Shown here in pieces: positions 8,542-17,891 of a stretch of 64,000 bases of DNA. Each line of letters begins with the position of its first letter. The first letter of the stretch is position 1. A program made the translations under genes and the position numbers. The notes below the pieces were generated by a model that did not search any database, had not been told where the DNA came from, and saw nothing but the letters and a program-made list of their open reading frames with translations. The stretch is from a virus (taxonomy: Duplodnaviria; Caudoviricetes): the IMG/VR virus record IMGVR_UViG_3300011979_000363, positions 1 to 64,000 of that record. The stretch is one strand, 5' to 3'.

Positions 8542-9240
8542 TTATTTCTTTTTAAGTTCATGCACCATGCAAGGGCGGACATAGCCACCGTGCTCGTGGG
8601 TCCAGTAAGAGATACCACCCATATTATAATTGACACCCCAACTAAACCACGCATTGTTCTCGCTTGATGACCAGTACATGCCTTCTTTCATCGGAGTGCC
8701 ACAAACCAGTCTAAGAGCTTTATTCAACTCTTCTCGGTAGAGGTACATGGCTGCAAGCTGGGCGACGGTAGGGATGTACAAACCATCGTCCAACTTGAAG
8801 CTTAGCTCTAATTTACGGAGATGGTTGGTACAAGACTTCATATTAAAGTCGTTGAGAGCTTCTATCTCTGACTTATAGAAGGAAGATTTTTCTTTTATGT
8901 CTGCATCGTTCTTCAAAAGATTCATTTTGTCTTCGGAAACATCATTCTTTGCTACAATCCATTCATGGCCATGGTAGCTAACCATAACATTGACCTTCTT
9001 TGGATTATCTACCTCCCAAACATCTTCAAAACGAACTGGCTGATACCCCTTTGAGAAAATATACACTCCGTCCTCAATGACGGTTTTAGTATACCCATAT
9101 CTATTATCTGCTCGTGGAGTACGAGAAGTGAGCGGATCTCTGTCTCCTAAAATGAATGACGCATACGACTTAGCTTCATCAAAATTGCGTGCATTGTCAA
9201 TAACCAACTGCAATAAATTTAATTTCTGTTCGTCTTTCAT
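8542..9240 (-). CDS. Protein with C-terminal DUF1566/CLec-like domain
   Basis: YIPTVAQL...YWSSSE...WGVNYNMG...YVRP pattern. Confidence 0.65.
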   Translation of the reverse strand: MKDEQKLNLLQLVIDNARNFDEAKSYASFILGDRDPLTSRTPRADNRYGYTKTVIEDGVYIFSKGYQPVRFEDVWEVDNPKKVNVMVSYHGHEWIVAKNDVSEDKMNLLKNDADIKEKSSFYKSEIEALNDFNMKSCTNHLRKLELSFKLDDGLYIPTVAQLAAMYLYREELNKALRLVCGTPMKEGMYWSSSENNAWFSWGVNYNMGGISYWTHEHGGYVRPCMVHELKKK

Positions 9241-9535
9241 AGTTCACTGAATTTATTTTTCTACAACTTTTTCAATCTTATCTATTGCCTTCGTAGGGAA
9301 TGATTTTGTCATTATCTTTTACAAAGTCGCTTACAAGATAATATGTGCAGGGATTTTCATACACTCTATTTGTCATATTTTACAATCATCACGTACATAA
9401 AAATCAAATACAATAAGAGAGATATAGCCCTGAATAGATACTTAATATGTACATACGGAGCTATAGTATTAATTTCTGTATGACCTATAAAAAGGCATAC
9501 ACACAAAATGGTAAACCAAATTATTATTTCTACTA

Positions 9536-10015
9536 TTACTTCCATTCTTTTATTGTTTTACCTACCATACCTTCATTACCTTCATAAGGCATAATCTCAT
9601 CATCATCAAAGCCATAAGTGTTTATACAATAATGCTGTTTTAAGTCTTCATCATAATAACTATACTCAGTTGCCAGCCATACTGATTTTTCGCAATTCTT
9701 ACCTATAAGTTCTTTTACAAGTACTTTCTGATATGGCTTAAATTTTTTATGTTTCTTTGGTGCCTCGAATTTTGACCAGTCGCGGTTCTCTCTGGAAGGG
9801 AATAGAACACACTCTGTGTTATGATAATTCGCAAACATTTTACCATCTTTAGTGAAATATTCCTCTTCACAGATAATAGGATTATTTGGATGATCACTCA
9901 AATTGGCATCAGGATCCACATATAAAAAACGTACATCACCATACACGGGAGACCATAACTTAGTCCCTTCTGTCACATCCTTCAATATCTTAGTAAGATC
10001 TAAATTCTCATTCAT
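9536..10015 (-). CDS. Hypothetical phage protein
   Basis: 159 aa; MNENLDLTKILKD...GTKLWSPVYG...FTKDG...CVLFPSRENRDWSKF, a pattern recalled from Bacteroidales phages. Confidence 0.72.
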   Translation of the reverse strand: MNENLDLTKILKDVTEGTKLWSPVYGDVRFLYVDPDANLSDHPNNPIICEEEYFTKDGKMFANYHNTECVLFPSRENRDWSKFEAPKKHKKFKPYQKVLVKELIGKNCEKSVWLATEYSYYDEDLKQHYCINTYGFDDDEIMPYEGNEGMVGKTIKEWK

Positions 10016-10053
10016 ATTGTTTTTCTTATCTTTAGAATTATCATACTTTTTAA

Positions 10054-10257
10054 TTATATGCCAAGTTTCTTTCTTTCTCGTTTTTTAGCTATAGCTTGAT
10101 AGATGTATAAGATTGGCCATAACACCCAAGAAAGTAAACTTAAAGCGAAGAACTCGCAAATTTCTTTGATTGAACGATCATTGTTCATAGCATCTTCAAA
10201 AATGGCTCCAAAGTTAAAGGCTAAGCCTAAAACATAAATTGCTACGATAATGTTCAT
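10054..10257 (-). CDS. Small membrane protein
   Basis: Two hydrophobic segments, basic tail. Confidence 0.6.
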   Translation of the reverse strand: MNIIVAIYVLGLAFNFGAIFEDAMNNDRSIKEICEFFALSLLSWVLWPILYIYQAIAKKRERKKLGI

Positions 10258-10309
10258 TATTATTTATATTTAATAGTTTATATCGTGTTCTATTCTTATC
10301 TATAAATCT

Positions 10310-10534
10310 TCAACTCCTACCATTCTGTTTCCATTTGTGATAATTTTTATTCACATAGCCAACGAAATTATAAAGAAACACCATTAATACTAATGGCCAG
10401 TATAATATAATTGCCATAGTTAAAGTCAAGTTGTAATCTCTATCATTTCTGTTTAATGTTAATGCGAGGATAAAATTTACTAACCCCCAAATCCAACCTA
10501 TCAATAAATATATTAGTATCGCAATTTTTATCAT
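10310..10534 (-). CDS. Small membrane protein
   Basis: Two hydrophobic segments; WP motif similar to the neighbouring gene. Confidence 0.6.
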   Translation of the reverse strand: MIKIAILIYLLIGWIWGLVNFILALTLNRNDRDYNLTLTMAIILYWPLVLMVFLYNFVGYVNKNYHKWKQNGRS

Positions 10535-10548
10535 TTCTCAAAACTCTT

Positions 10549-10731
10549 CTATTTGTTCATTATCAATTCTTTTACATTCCAACTTCTTGTAGGCATATTG
10601 GAAATATTATAGACTCCAATATGTATATTTGAAAGTTTAATACTATAATATTTTGGACAAACTATTGAATAGGTCATTTTCTTTATAAATCCAGCTCTTA
10701 GCAGGATGTCCTCTGTAATGTCTTTGCTCAT
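10549..10731 (-). CDS. Hypothetical protein
   Basis: 60-aa ORF. Confidence 0.5.
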   Translation of the reverse strand: MSKDITEDILLRAGFIKKMTYSIVCPKYYSIKLSNIHIGVYNISNMPTRSWNVKELIMNK

Positions 10732-11062
10732 AATCCTCGTCTGTAAATTTCATCCTCTGCCTCTATACAGGCGTTGTCACACAAACCAGCATAGTGTTTC
10801 AGTTCTTTGTCCGAAAGGCAACGGACATCAATTTCGTTATACGCCTTAACAAAATCATCATATTCTTTACTTCTCATAATCTCTTTGTTTTAATATTTCT
10901 TCCGCAGCATATACAACAGCGAGACTTATATCCCATAGTCAGGCTATCTCTTGATCAGGTAACTCTTTCGATTTGATTACATCTATTACAGACACCTTCG
11001 AAATGACAAAACTCGCTATTGTATTGTTATGAATGTATATATCAATATCCGACACCATACCC

Positions 11063-11260
11063 TTAACACTTAATTACTGATACAATCCAATTTGCGATCG
11101 AGTTCGCAATCCAAACTATCAATACTAAAAAACATGTAATGGCAGCAGCTCTAACTGGATATTCTATGTGTATATATGGCCATACTTTATTGATAGTTGT
11201 TCTACCTTCATACAAGAACACATATATCGTAGCTATCATGCACAATATAACATCTTTCAT
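11063..11260 (-). CDS. Small membrane protein
   Basis: 65 aa, two hydrophobic segments. Confidence 0.55.
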   Translation of the reverse strand: MKDVILCMIATIYVFLYEGRTTINKVWPYIHIEYPVRAAAITCFLVLIVWIANSIANWIVSVIKC

Positions 11261-11341
11261 ATTCTATCTTTTTATAGTGATTCAATAGGCTACTGCAAAG
11301 CAGTAGCTTACTGAACCCTACATCTGTCTTTTTGTTAAAGG

Positions 11342-11911
11342 TCAATTGTTAATAACTTCCGGATTCCTAAAATCCTCAATGTAAGCAAAGCGTTCGTTTC
11401 GGTAATCATAACCACAGCTTCTCAACTCAGGACAAACGTTTCTGTAAATACATGAAGGGTGACAAGCATGAGCAAGAATAGGCTCAATGTCATGCAACTT
11501 CTTAACTATAGAAAGCCAGAACTCTCTGGTCTTCTTCTCAGCATGGCGACACAAGCGAACCTTGCTGATGTTAATGAAAGCCTGAGCATTGAGGCTAAAC
11601 TGACAATTAATCAAATCGTCCGCTCTCTGTTCATGTCGAGGAACTTTATTGCCAGTACGGTCAGGGCGAGAGGTGCTTACAAACTTCTCTATGCCTTGAT
11701 TATGCCGTACAAGGTGCATGATGATGAATTTTGGAACATCATAAACACGAACATCAAACTCCAGTAAACGTATGGGCGAATGCTCTGCAAAGATGATTGC
11801 TTTCTTGAACTCATCAGAAGGCTCCTTCTGCAAGACATCTTTCCTGACGGTAAACCTGGCTGCATTTAGAACACGCTGCCATGATGTTACTCTTTCAACT
11901 TCAATTTTCAT
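11342..11911 (-). CDS. ThyX-like (FAD-dependent thymidylate synthase-related) protein
   Basis: Start MKIEVERV at 11911; AARF...EHSPIRLL...HLVRH...FVSTSRPD...NAQAFINISKVRLC...CIYRNVCPE. Confidence 0.72.
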   Translation of the reverse strand: MKIEVERVTSWQRVLNAARFTVRKDVLQKEPSDEFKKAIIFAEHSPIRLLEFDVRVYDVPKFIIMHLVRHNQGIEKFVSTSRPDRTGNKVPRHEQRADDLINCQFSLNAQAFINISKVRLCRHAEKKTREFWLSIVKKLHDIEPILAHACHPSCIYRNVCPELRSCGYDYRNERFAYIEDFRNPEVINN

Positions 11912-12452
11912 ACTTTCTAAGATTTTGTGATATAAACACTTCGTCACCGATAAAGAACATGAGATGCTGTCCTTCCATGCCACGTATTTGCTCTGCTATT
12001 GAATTTACACGATGCCTGTTAGCCTCTCTGCTAACTGCAATCTGCGTTGTAAAATGTACTGTTACCCTTCTGCAAAGATTCTCTAAGTCGTCTTTGTCAT
12101 AGAAGTGCTGTAAAAGCCAAGTAACATCATTCTCTACCAGTACCCGATAGTTTGTAACTATAAGGCATTTTTCATCCTTAGCATAAGGTACTACTCTTGT
12201 AAATGGATTGTGGAAAAGAAATTCTGGAATAATATCCTTATTAAGTAATACTCTTACCGTACCATGCTCCAATACTGATAAATGTCCACTTTTTACAAGC
12301 CGTGATACAAAGGTTACTGCATCATCTACTTTGCCCGTGATTTTATTTTCGGACTTATAACATACTCTTCCTGCTCTTTCTATCTGCAGGAATACTCCCC
12401 CTGCGCCCTTTGGCTGCTCCCAAATTTCTACTTTTGGTTCTCTTGCTTTCAT
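11901..12452 (-). pseudogene. thyX: ThyX N-terminal half, truncated at the catalytic motif
   Basis: IERAGRVCYKSE, GHLSVLEHG, SREANRHRVNSIAEQ, then unrelated sequence instead of S-x-R-Y; C-terminal half absent. Confidence 0.7.
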
Positions 12453-12491
12453 AGTTTTCTTATTTTAATATTTCTTCTCGTTCATTATCCG

Positions 12492-13046
12492 TTACATCTC
12501 GTTATAAGTCATCTTCTTATCAACGAACCACCACAAGTCTTTATCGCTACCTGTTATTTTTTCAAAGCAGTCAGATAAAATACCGATAACGATACCGATA
12601 GCTGCTTCAGTGCCATTATAATCAAGTGAATCATTAAGAGCACCATTCAATTGGAAAAGAATACCTGGCAAGCCATTTCCCACAAACGTCTTTATAACTA
12701 AAATTGAAGGCAAGAAAGAAAACCCCTGAATCGACAGCGTGTATCCTTTCATTCCTGCAAAATCAAGCAGTCGAATAACAATGTCTGCGATTTCATCTTC
12801 CAGACTGTTCTTAATATACTCCCCGAAGCATAACTTAAATGGAAACCCCTTCGATATATACGCCTCGTATCCTTTCACGTTAGCGTGCCATCCTTTACAG
12901 TCAGCTTTAATAGCTCCTCCCATCTCACTCATCACAAGGTCAAGATAATAAGCGTTCGATTTTGCATCTTTATAGAAGCCGTGTGCCACAGCTGTTTTGT
13001 ACGCACGTTCTTTTAACGCATTTAATTCTTCTGTGTTCATAACCAA
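12492..13046 (-). CDS. MazG-like nucleotide pyrophosphohydrolase family protein
   Basis: AYKTAVAHGF, LVMSEMGGAIKAD, LEDEIADIVIRLLDFAG. Confidence 0.72.
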   Translation of the reverse strand: MVMNTEELNALKERAYKTAVAHGFYKDAKSNAYYLDLVMSEMGGAIKADCKGWHANVKGYEAYISKGFPFKLCFGEYIKNSLEDEIADIVIRLLDFAGMKGYTLSIQGFSFLPSILVIKTFVGNGLPGILFQLNGALNDSLDYNGTEAAIGIVIGILSDCFEKITGSDKDLWWFVDKKMTYNEM

Positions 13047-13331
13047 ATATTTTTATCTTTTGTTATTAATGGCTTTATATGCATATATGACATCTTTCGC
13101 TGGAATGTTCATCAGTCCATTACGCTTAGCGAAACTTATCAAATCTTTTAGCTTATCCATTACACTATTGATTTAAGAACCAAAACAAGAAGTCACTTCC
13201 ACCAGTAGCATCATCATAAAATCCACCAATGAAAAAGACTATCAGTGATGCAATGATATAGACCATAAAGCAACCAAACAATATGATTATTATGCTCAAT
13301 ACAAACGCTGCTATTTTGCAAATCAACTCCA

Positions 13332-13709
13332 TCATTTCTTATATTTTATTTTTTGTAAATATCCAGACATCATATTTCTCGTATATTCTCCAACTGCATA
13401 CGATTCCAAATGTATCACCAGTCCTAAGTCTTCTGTTTCCCATTCACGATAAAGATATTGCTTGAACCTTTTCCCATTCAAAAGAGTATAAAATTCAAAT
13501 CTATAGTCATTCTTGACAAACGATGTGATAAACTCATACTTAGGTGTCCACAACGTCATATTCTGAGATGATAAATAGGCACTGGCATCAAAAGGCAGTA
13601 CAGTAGTTGGTAGGGAAATCTCCCGAAGGAACTTTTCACCTTCTCCATGATTTCCCCACCAGCCTTTTTCAAAGACCTCTTGAATTATACCATTTACCAT
13701 CTTAGCCAT
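13332..13709 (-). CDS. Hypothetical protein
   Basis: 125-aa ORF. Confidence 0.65.
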   Translation of the reverse strand: MAKMVNGIIQEVFEKGWWGNHGEGEKFLREISLPTTVLPFDASAYLSSQNMTLWTPKYEFITSFVKNDYRFEFYTLLNGKRFKQYLYREWETEDLGLVIHLESYAVGEYTRNMMSGYLQKIKYKK

Positions 13710-13783
13710 TTTCTGTTTTTGAGTAATAGTCTCATAAAGTTCAAGAAGTTGAATGATGAGTAGATTATTTCTGATAAATATTG

Positions 13784-14119
13784 TTAAAATGGATTGTAAG
13801 TGTAATCAGCTATCTTCTTCTCTCTGTCTAACTTTGGAATCAGATCATCTGTTACAAATGTTCCAGCAAAGTTAACCAACACGCTCTTTTGCAATGGAAG
13901 TATTGTCACCGGCACTCCATTCGGATCATTATCTGAGGCTCTACATTCATAGCAATACATGTTATCAGCAATCTCCTTAATCTGCTTAATCTTATCAGGG
14001 CGTACCCCATCAAAGTAGACTCCCTTGATAAAAGTCTTTTGATACACTACACGAATTGCCATTGTATCAGCGCAATTCTGTTCCGCAATTTTCTCGTACA
14101 ATTTTTCTGTTCTTGTCAT
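13784..14119 (-). CDS. Hypothetical protein
   Basis: Likely start MTRTEKL; YECRASDNDPNGVPVTI...VLVNFAGTFVT. Confidence 0.65.
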   Translation of the reverse strand: MTRTEKLYEKIAEQNCADTMAIRVVYQKTFIKGVYFDGVRPDKIKQIKEIADNMYCYECRASDNDPNGVPVTILPLQKSVLVNFAGTFVTDDLIPKLDREKKIADYTYNPF

Positions 14120-14123
14120 ATTG

Positions 14124-14312
14124 TTAAAGCACTTTGAATATAAAACTACTGGCAACACACAACATATTCTCATGCAAGAAAATAGTCAATATGCCATTAT
14201 TAATATTCACACAATATTTCCCGAACCCATCACGCTTAGAAGCCGTCACAATTGCAACACCATTCGGTGCATACTGTATAGACAGGTTCTTATAATGTTT
14301 AATGTAACTCAT
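14124..14312 (-). CDS. Hypothetical protein
   Basis: 62-aa ORF filling the operon gap. Confidence 0.5.
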   Translation of the reverse strand: MSYIKHYKNLSIQYAPNGVAIVTASKRDGFGKYCVNINNGILTIFLHENMLCVASSFIFKVL

Positions 14313-14331
14313 TTTTGATTGTATTTTATTT

Positions 14332-14577
14332 TTATAACCTTGTCAGTATATCTTCAAAATCCATTTCAACACTCCACCATCTTTCTGACAGCCCATGTTC
14401 TTCGCCATACTCTTCAAGCAGATCATAAATCTCATCATCATAATCTGTTTGAATAGGCGATCTATATGTCCATTGTGCTATCTTTTGAGAATGTACTACA
14501 TCGAGTGCATCTTTTCCTAACTGCTCTCTTACATAATTAAGGGCTTTTTCTATTTGCTTAGAATATTTTTCTGCCAT
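14332..14577 (-). CDS. Hypothetical protein
   Basis: 81-aa acidic ORF. Confidence 0.65.
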   Translation of the reverse strand: MAEKYSKQIEKALNYVREQLGKDALDVVHSQKIAQWTYRSPIQTDYDDEIYDLLEEYGEEHGLSERWWSVEMDFEDILTRL

Positions 14578-14608
14578 AATTTTACTATTTGTTTTTATAA
14601 TATCGTAC

Positions 14609-15010
14609 TTAGCCCGCAGAACGATAGAAGAAATCTACTATCCATATCCCATTTCTGCAATAAATCATCTTAGAGAAATACTGTTCATCTGAAAGTCTTT
14701 CAGGAAGCGTAAAAAACAGTGAACGATAACTACATACCTCTTCGATTAACAGCGTATGAATAGTCATAAAGACATCTCCGAGTTTGTACTCGCACCTTAC
14801 AGGTACTCCGTCAATGAAACCGAGTGCGACATACTTTCCATTTACACGGTTCTCAACATACTGCCCATCATCGAACAGACTGTCAAGCATTGCATCACTG
14901 TTCAAGTCCGCCCCATTGTTTATAGGGCATTCGAGATGCCTATCGTACAGCTCCTTGAGTGTCAAGCTCATGACATCCACATTCTCGTTTGAATTTGTTT
15001 TGTTTGTCAT
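14609..15010 (-). CDS. Hypothetical protein
   Basis: 133-aa ORF. Confidence 0.62.
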   Translation of the reverse strand: MTNKTNSNENVDVMSLTLKELYDRHLECPINNGADLNSDAMLDSLFDDGQYVENRVNGKYVALGFIDGVPVRCEYKLGDVFMTIHTLLIEEVCSYRSLFFTLPERLSDEQYFSKMIYCRNGIWIVDFFYRSAG

Positions 15011-15075
15011 AATCTTTTGTGTTTTGATTGGTTAATACGAAGGCTGCAATCCGTCAGAGGTTCGCAGCCGAAAGA

Positions 15076-15360
15076 CTAATCTACTTTGTAGATGTAAATA
15101 AGGTCATCATCTCTCTTAATGATAGCATATATCTCCTTGTCGAACTTGCGGTCAAGTCTGACGTCGTACATATAGAAGAAACGCATCTCTGTTGTAGGCG
15201 TTCTGAAGATGTTGCCCATGTCATAGATGACTTCAATATCCTTGCCGAACAACTGTACCAGATAAGGATACATCGTTGAGGCTGCGTCGGCTATGAACGT
15301 ACCAGTGTTACCGTCGTAAGAGTTTTTTGTCAACTCTTCAATAATGTTAAATGCTTTCAT
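15076..15360 (-). CDS. Hypothetical protein
   Basis: Likely start MKAFNII. Confidence 0.65.
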   Translation of the reverse strand: MKAFNIIEELTKNSYDGNTGTFIADAASTMYPYLVQLFGKDIEVIYDMGNIFRTPTTEMRFFYMYDVRLDRKFDKEIYAIIKRDDDLIYIYKVD

Positions 15361-15428
15361 AATCTTTTGCTTTAACGTTATAATTATTACAGTTAGTAAC
15401 TGGATAAACAATTACTGACTTGATGCTG

Positions 15429-15812
15429 CTAATAATCGGCAAGAACTTCAACATGATATTTTTCTTTGATATACTGAGCAAAATCAAACTCCGTTTCTGC
15501 CTTGTTCCATTCTTCCAGAAATCTCATGTAGTTCTCCTGCCAATAGCTCCATTGCTTAAAGCTCATGCCATCTACTGACAATTTACATAGATCGAAGTCC
15601 CATTGAATTTCTGGCAGATTTGAATGTGGGAACCAAACGGAATAACCGCATAGTCCGTAAGAACATACGATACGCTCTGTTTGTATCATGTACCCTCCCA
15701 AATTGGGGATGTAATAACACCCTCCGTTCTGGTACCTTTCCCATGCAAATTTACCTTTGAGGATTCGCTTGCAAAGCACTTGTATGAATCTGACGTCTTT
15801 TTCCATAGTCAT
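15429..15812 (-). CDS. Hypothetical protein
   Basis: 127-aa Trp/Tyr-rich ORF. Confidence 0.65.
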   Translation of the reverse strand: MTMEKDVRFIQVLCKRILKGKFAWERYQNGGCYYIPNLGGYMIQTERIVCSYGLCGYSVWFPHSNLPEIQWDFDLCKLSVDGMSFKQWSYWQENYMRFLEEWNKAETEFDFAQYIKEKYHVEVLADY

Positions 15813-15869
15813 GCGTTTTTAATGAATAACACTTAAGTGAAAAGCCTGCCTATTATAGCAGGCAATCCA

Positions 15870-16124
15870 TTAAGAGCGTGAGTACCAAACACCTTCATCT
15901 TTGGCAAACAATCGCTTCTTGATTTGACCGTTGTTTCCAACCACCTCTCTTAGAGGGAAAGAGCGGTAGTATGTAGTGCCATATCCGATAGCGATTTCAG
16001 CATTTGTTGGCTTCCGTGAATACGCTATCTCTTTGCAGTCTAAATCCCACACGGAAAGCCATCTGTGACTATCGAGGAATTTGTTGCAGTTTTCAATCTG
16101 TTTTCTCTTTGCTGCGTTCATCAT
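15870..16124 (-). CDS. Hypothetical protein
   Basis: 84-aa ORF. Confidence 0.62.
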   Translation of the reverse strand: MMNAAKRKQIENCNKFLDSHRWLSVWDLDCKEIAYSRKPTNAEIAIGYGTTYYRSFPLREVVGNNGQIKKRLFAKDEGVWYSRS

Positions 16125-16165
16125 AATTAATCGTGTTTTTATTGATAATTACAGCCTCCAATTCA

Positions 16166-16315
16166 TTAAATGATTGAAGGCTTGAAACTAATCAATGCAG
16201 CATCCTCTTTCAGACACTCATAAAACTCACCATGAGTTGTCCGAAGCAATATCAAATAGTCTGGATGTCTTTTCTTTATTTTCTTGTAAGCACTTAACAA
16301 ATCTTTTATCTCCAT
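16166..16315 (-). pseudogene. Truncated MutS domain-I-like fragment
   Basis: YKKIKKRHPDYLILLR...GEFYE...EDA is the start of MutS_I; stops after 49 aa. Confidence 0.6.
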
Positions 16316-16403
16316 AGCAACTATTATTTTAGAAAATGTGTAATCTGTTATCAAATTTATTTAATCCGCGCCCAATAATACAATCAGACGCGGACTTTAA
16401 TTA

Positions 16404-17198
16404 TTACTTCCCTAAGCCGTTGTCAGACAATTTAAGAAACAGATCCATAAAACTATCTTTGAAGCCGTATGTATAAAGCATCATCTGTTCACCAATTTGT
16501 CCACTCTCATGGTCATAAGAAAACTTTGCTTGAATGCCGTTAATACGTATAATGACATCATAATCTTTGATCTCATAATAATTTTCCGGCACTTGCAAAT
16601 AACCACACGGAATGTTTCTTTCCTCAGCTACTTTCTTTATACGCTCACATAAATCAAACCATTTTTGATCAGCTGCTAAATTAAGTTTATCAGCTTCCTT
16701 TTTACGTTCAGTCAAATACTGATACCATGCCTCTATTCCCCTATCAGTAATCACACCCATTCGATTAGGCTTTTTTGATTCTGGAAGTTTAGCATAATTT
16801 GTCCAATCATTAAACAAAAACAAAGAAGCAGTTGTTTTTGAATGAAGAAAAGAATAATCAAAAAGCGTGTCTTTATAAGAAATCAGTTTGTAATGGCTTC
16901 CCAGGCTCGTGTAAAATTCTTTTTTTGCTGCCCCATAATAAAATTCACAAGTCCAAGCATCAATTATCTTTACATGCTTAGATTTGTTCTTAAGGTTATG
17001 ATCCAACTGCCAACTATCGAAAAAATCCGTTCTAAACTTATTTTTAACCATCTGGGCAACCTTCTCATCAAGAAAACAAAGGCTTACACTCCCATTACTA
17101 TCACTTTTGTCTTTTTTATAGGCATCTTCTACCCTACTGACAAGGTTGTTCTTTGCGGTCTCAAATTCACTATAATCCTTGATCATTAAATATTTCAT
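16404..17198 (-). CDS. Hypothetical protein
   Basis: 264-aa ORF. Confidence 0.72.
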   Translation of the reverse strand: MKYLMIKDYSEFETAKNNLVSRVEDAYKKDKSDSNGSVSLCFLDEKVAQMVKNKFRTDFFDSWQLDHNLKNKSKHVKIIDAWTCEFYYGAAKKEFYTSLGSHYKLISYKDTLFDYSFLHSKTTASLFLFNDWTNYAKLPESKKPNRMGVITDRGIEAWYQYLTERKKEADKLNLAADQKWFDLCERIKKVAEERNIPCGYLQVPENYYEIKDYDVIIRINGIQAKFSYDHESGQIGEQMMLYTYGFKDSFMDLFLKLSDNGLGK

Positions 17199-17235
17199 AG
17201 CTTTTCTGTTTTTAATTGTTTTCTAATCTCTTATT

Positions 17236-17568
17236 CTATTTTCCGTACTCTTTCTCATATTCCACATCTAACTTACATTCATAAGAAAGGTAGAAAATTG
17301 CAAAGAGAAATCTTTTCTCAGCATCAGATAAATCCCACTCATTAGTATCAATATCATACTTTTCAGCAAAATCTATTGCTGCTTCAACCTCATCGTGGTT
17401 ATCCTCAATAAATCTGTCAGCAGCCTGCTGGCTAAAATCATTGAGATAATCAAACAAAAAGTCGTTGAATGGATCTCTACAAATGTCATCAAAGGTATAT
17501 CCAACCTCATTCTCCTTACGAATAGCCCCCAACAATGTCGGGCACTTCTCTTCTAAAAATCCGTCCAT
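17236..17568 (-). CDS. Hypothetical acidic protein
   Basis: 110 aa, D/E/F-rich. Confidence 0.65.
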   Translation of the reverse strand: MDGFLEEKCPTLLGAIRKENEVGYTFDDICRDPFNDFLFDYLNDFSQQAADRFIEDNHDEVEAAIDFAEKYDIDTNEWDLSDAEKRFLFAIFYLSYECKLDVEYEKEYGK

Positions 17569-17639
17569 TTTCTTTACTTTTTAATAAACAACTAAACTTA
17601 ATCAACTCAAAAACGTTGGCAATATATTATCACCAACGG

Positions 17640-17880
17640 CAATTAAGGCGCTGCAACCGTTTGTTTTAAGGTGTAACTCACCCTGCCCACTGAGGTGTAG
17701 ACACTACCAAAACGCCTTTCTTGTAAGTCGTTTCCTGTACATCCCGCTTTCAGTCGCTTTTTATTTAGTGACGGGGCGGCTCAAAGGCTCAACCGAAAAT
17801 CTGTACCCGTCTACGCTTGTGGGCTTTCGGTACTTTGCAACCTTACGTGTCAGCTTCATACTGAACTCGCCCTAACCAAA
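17640..17880 (-). ncRNA. Candidate structured RNA in a ~320-nt intergenic gap
   Basis: GC-richer than flanks, no ORF, stems GTACC..GGGTAC and CTCA..TGAG, contains the GACACGTAA hairpin motif. Confidence 0.4.
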
Positions 17881-17891
17881 TTGTTAATCTT

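Noticed and set aside
17640-17880. Group I intron or IscB/HEARO omega-RNA
   Set aside because: CGACTG has no complementary P7 partner, no interrupted gene flanks it, and no IscB/TnpB ORF is present.
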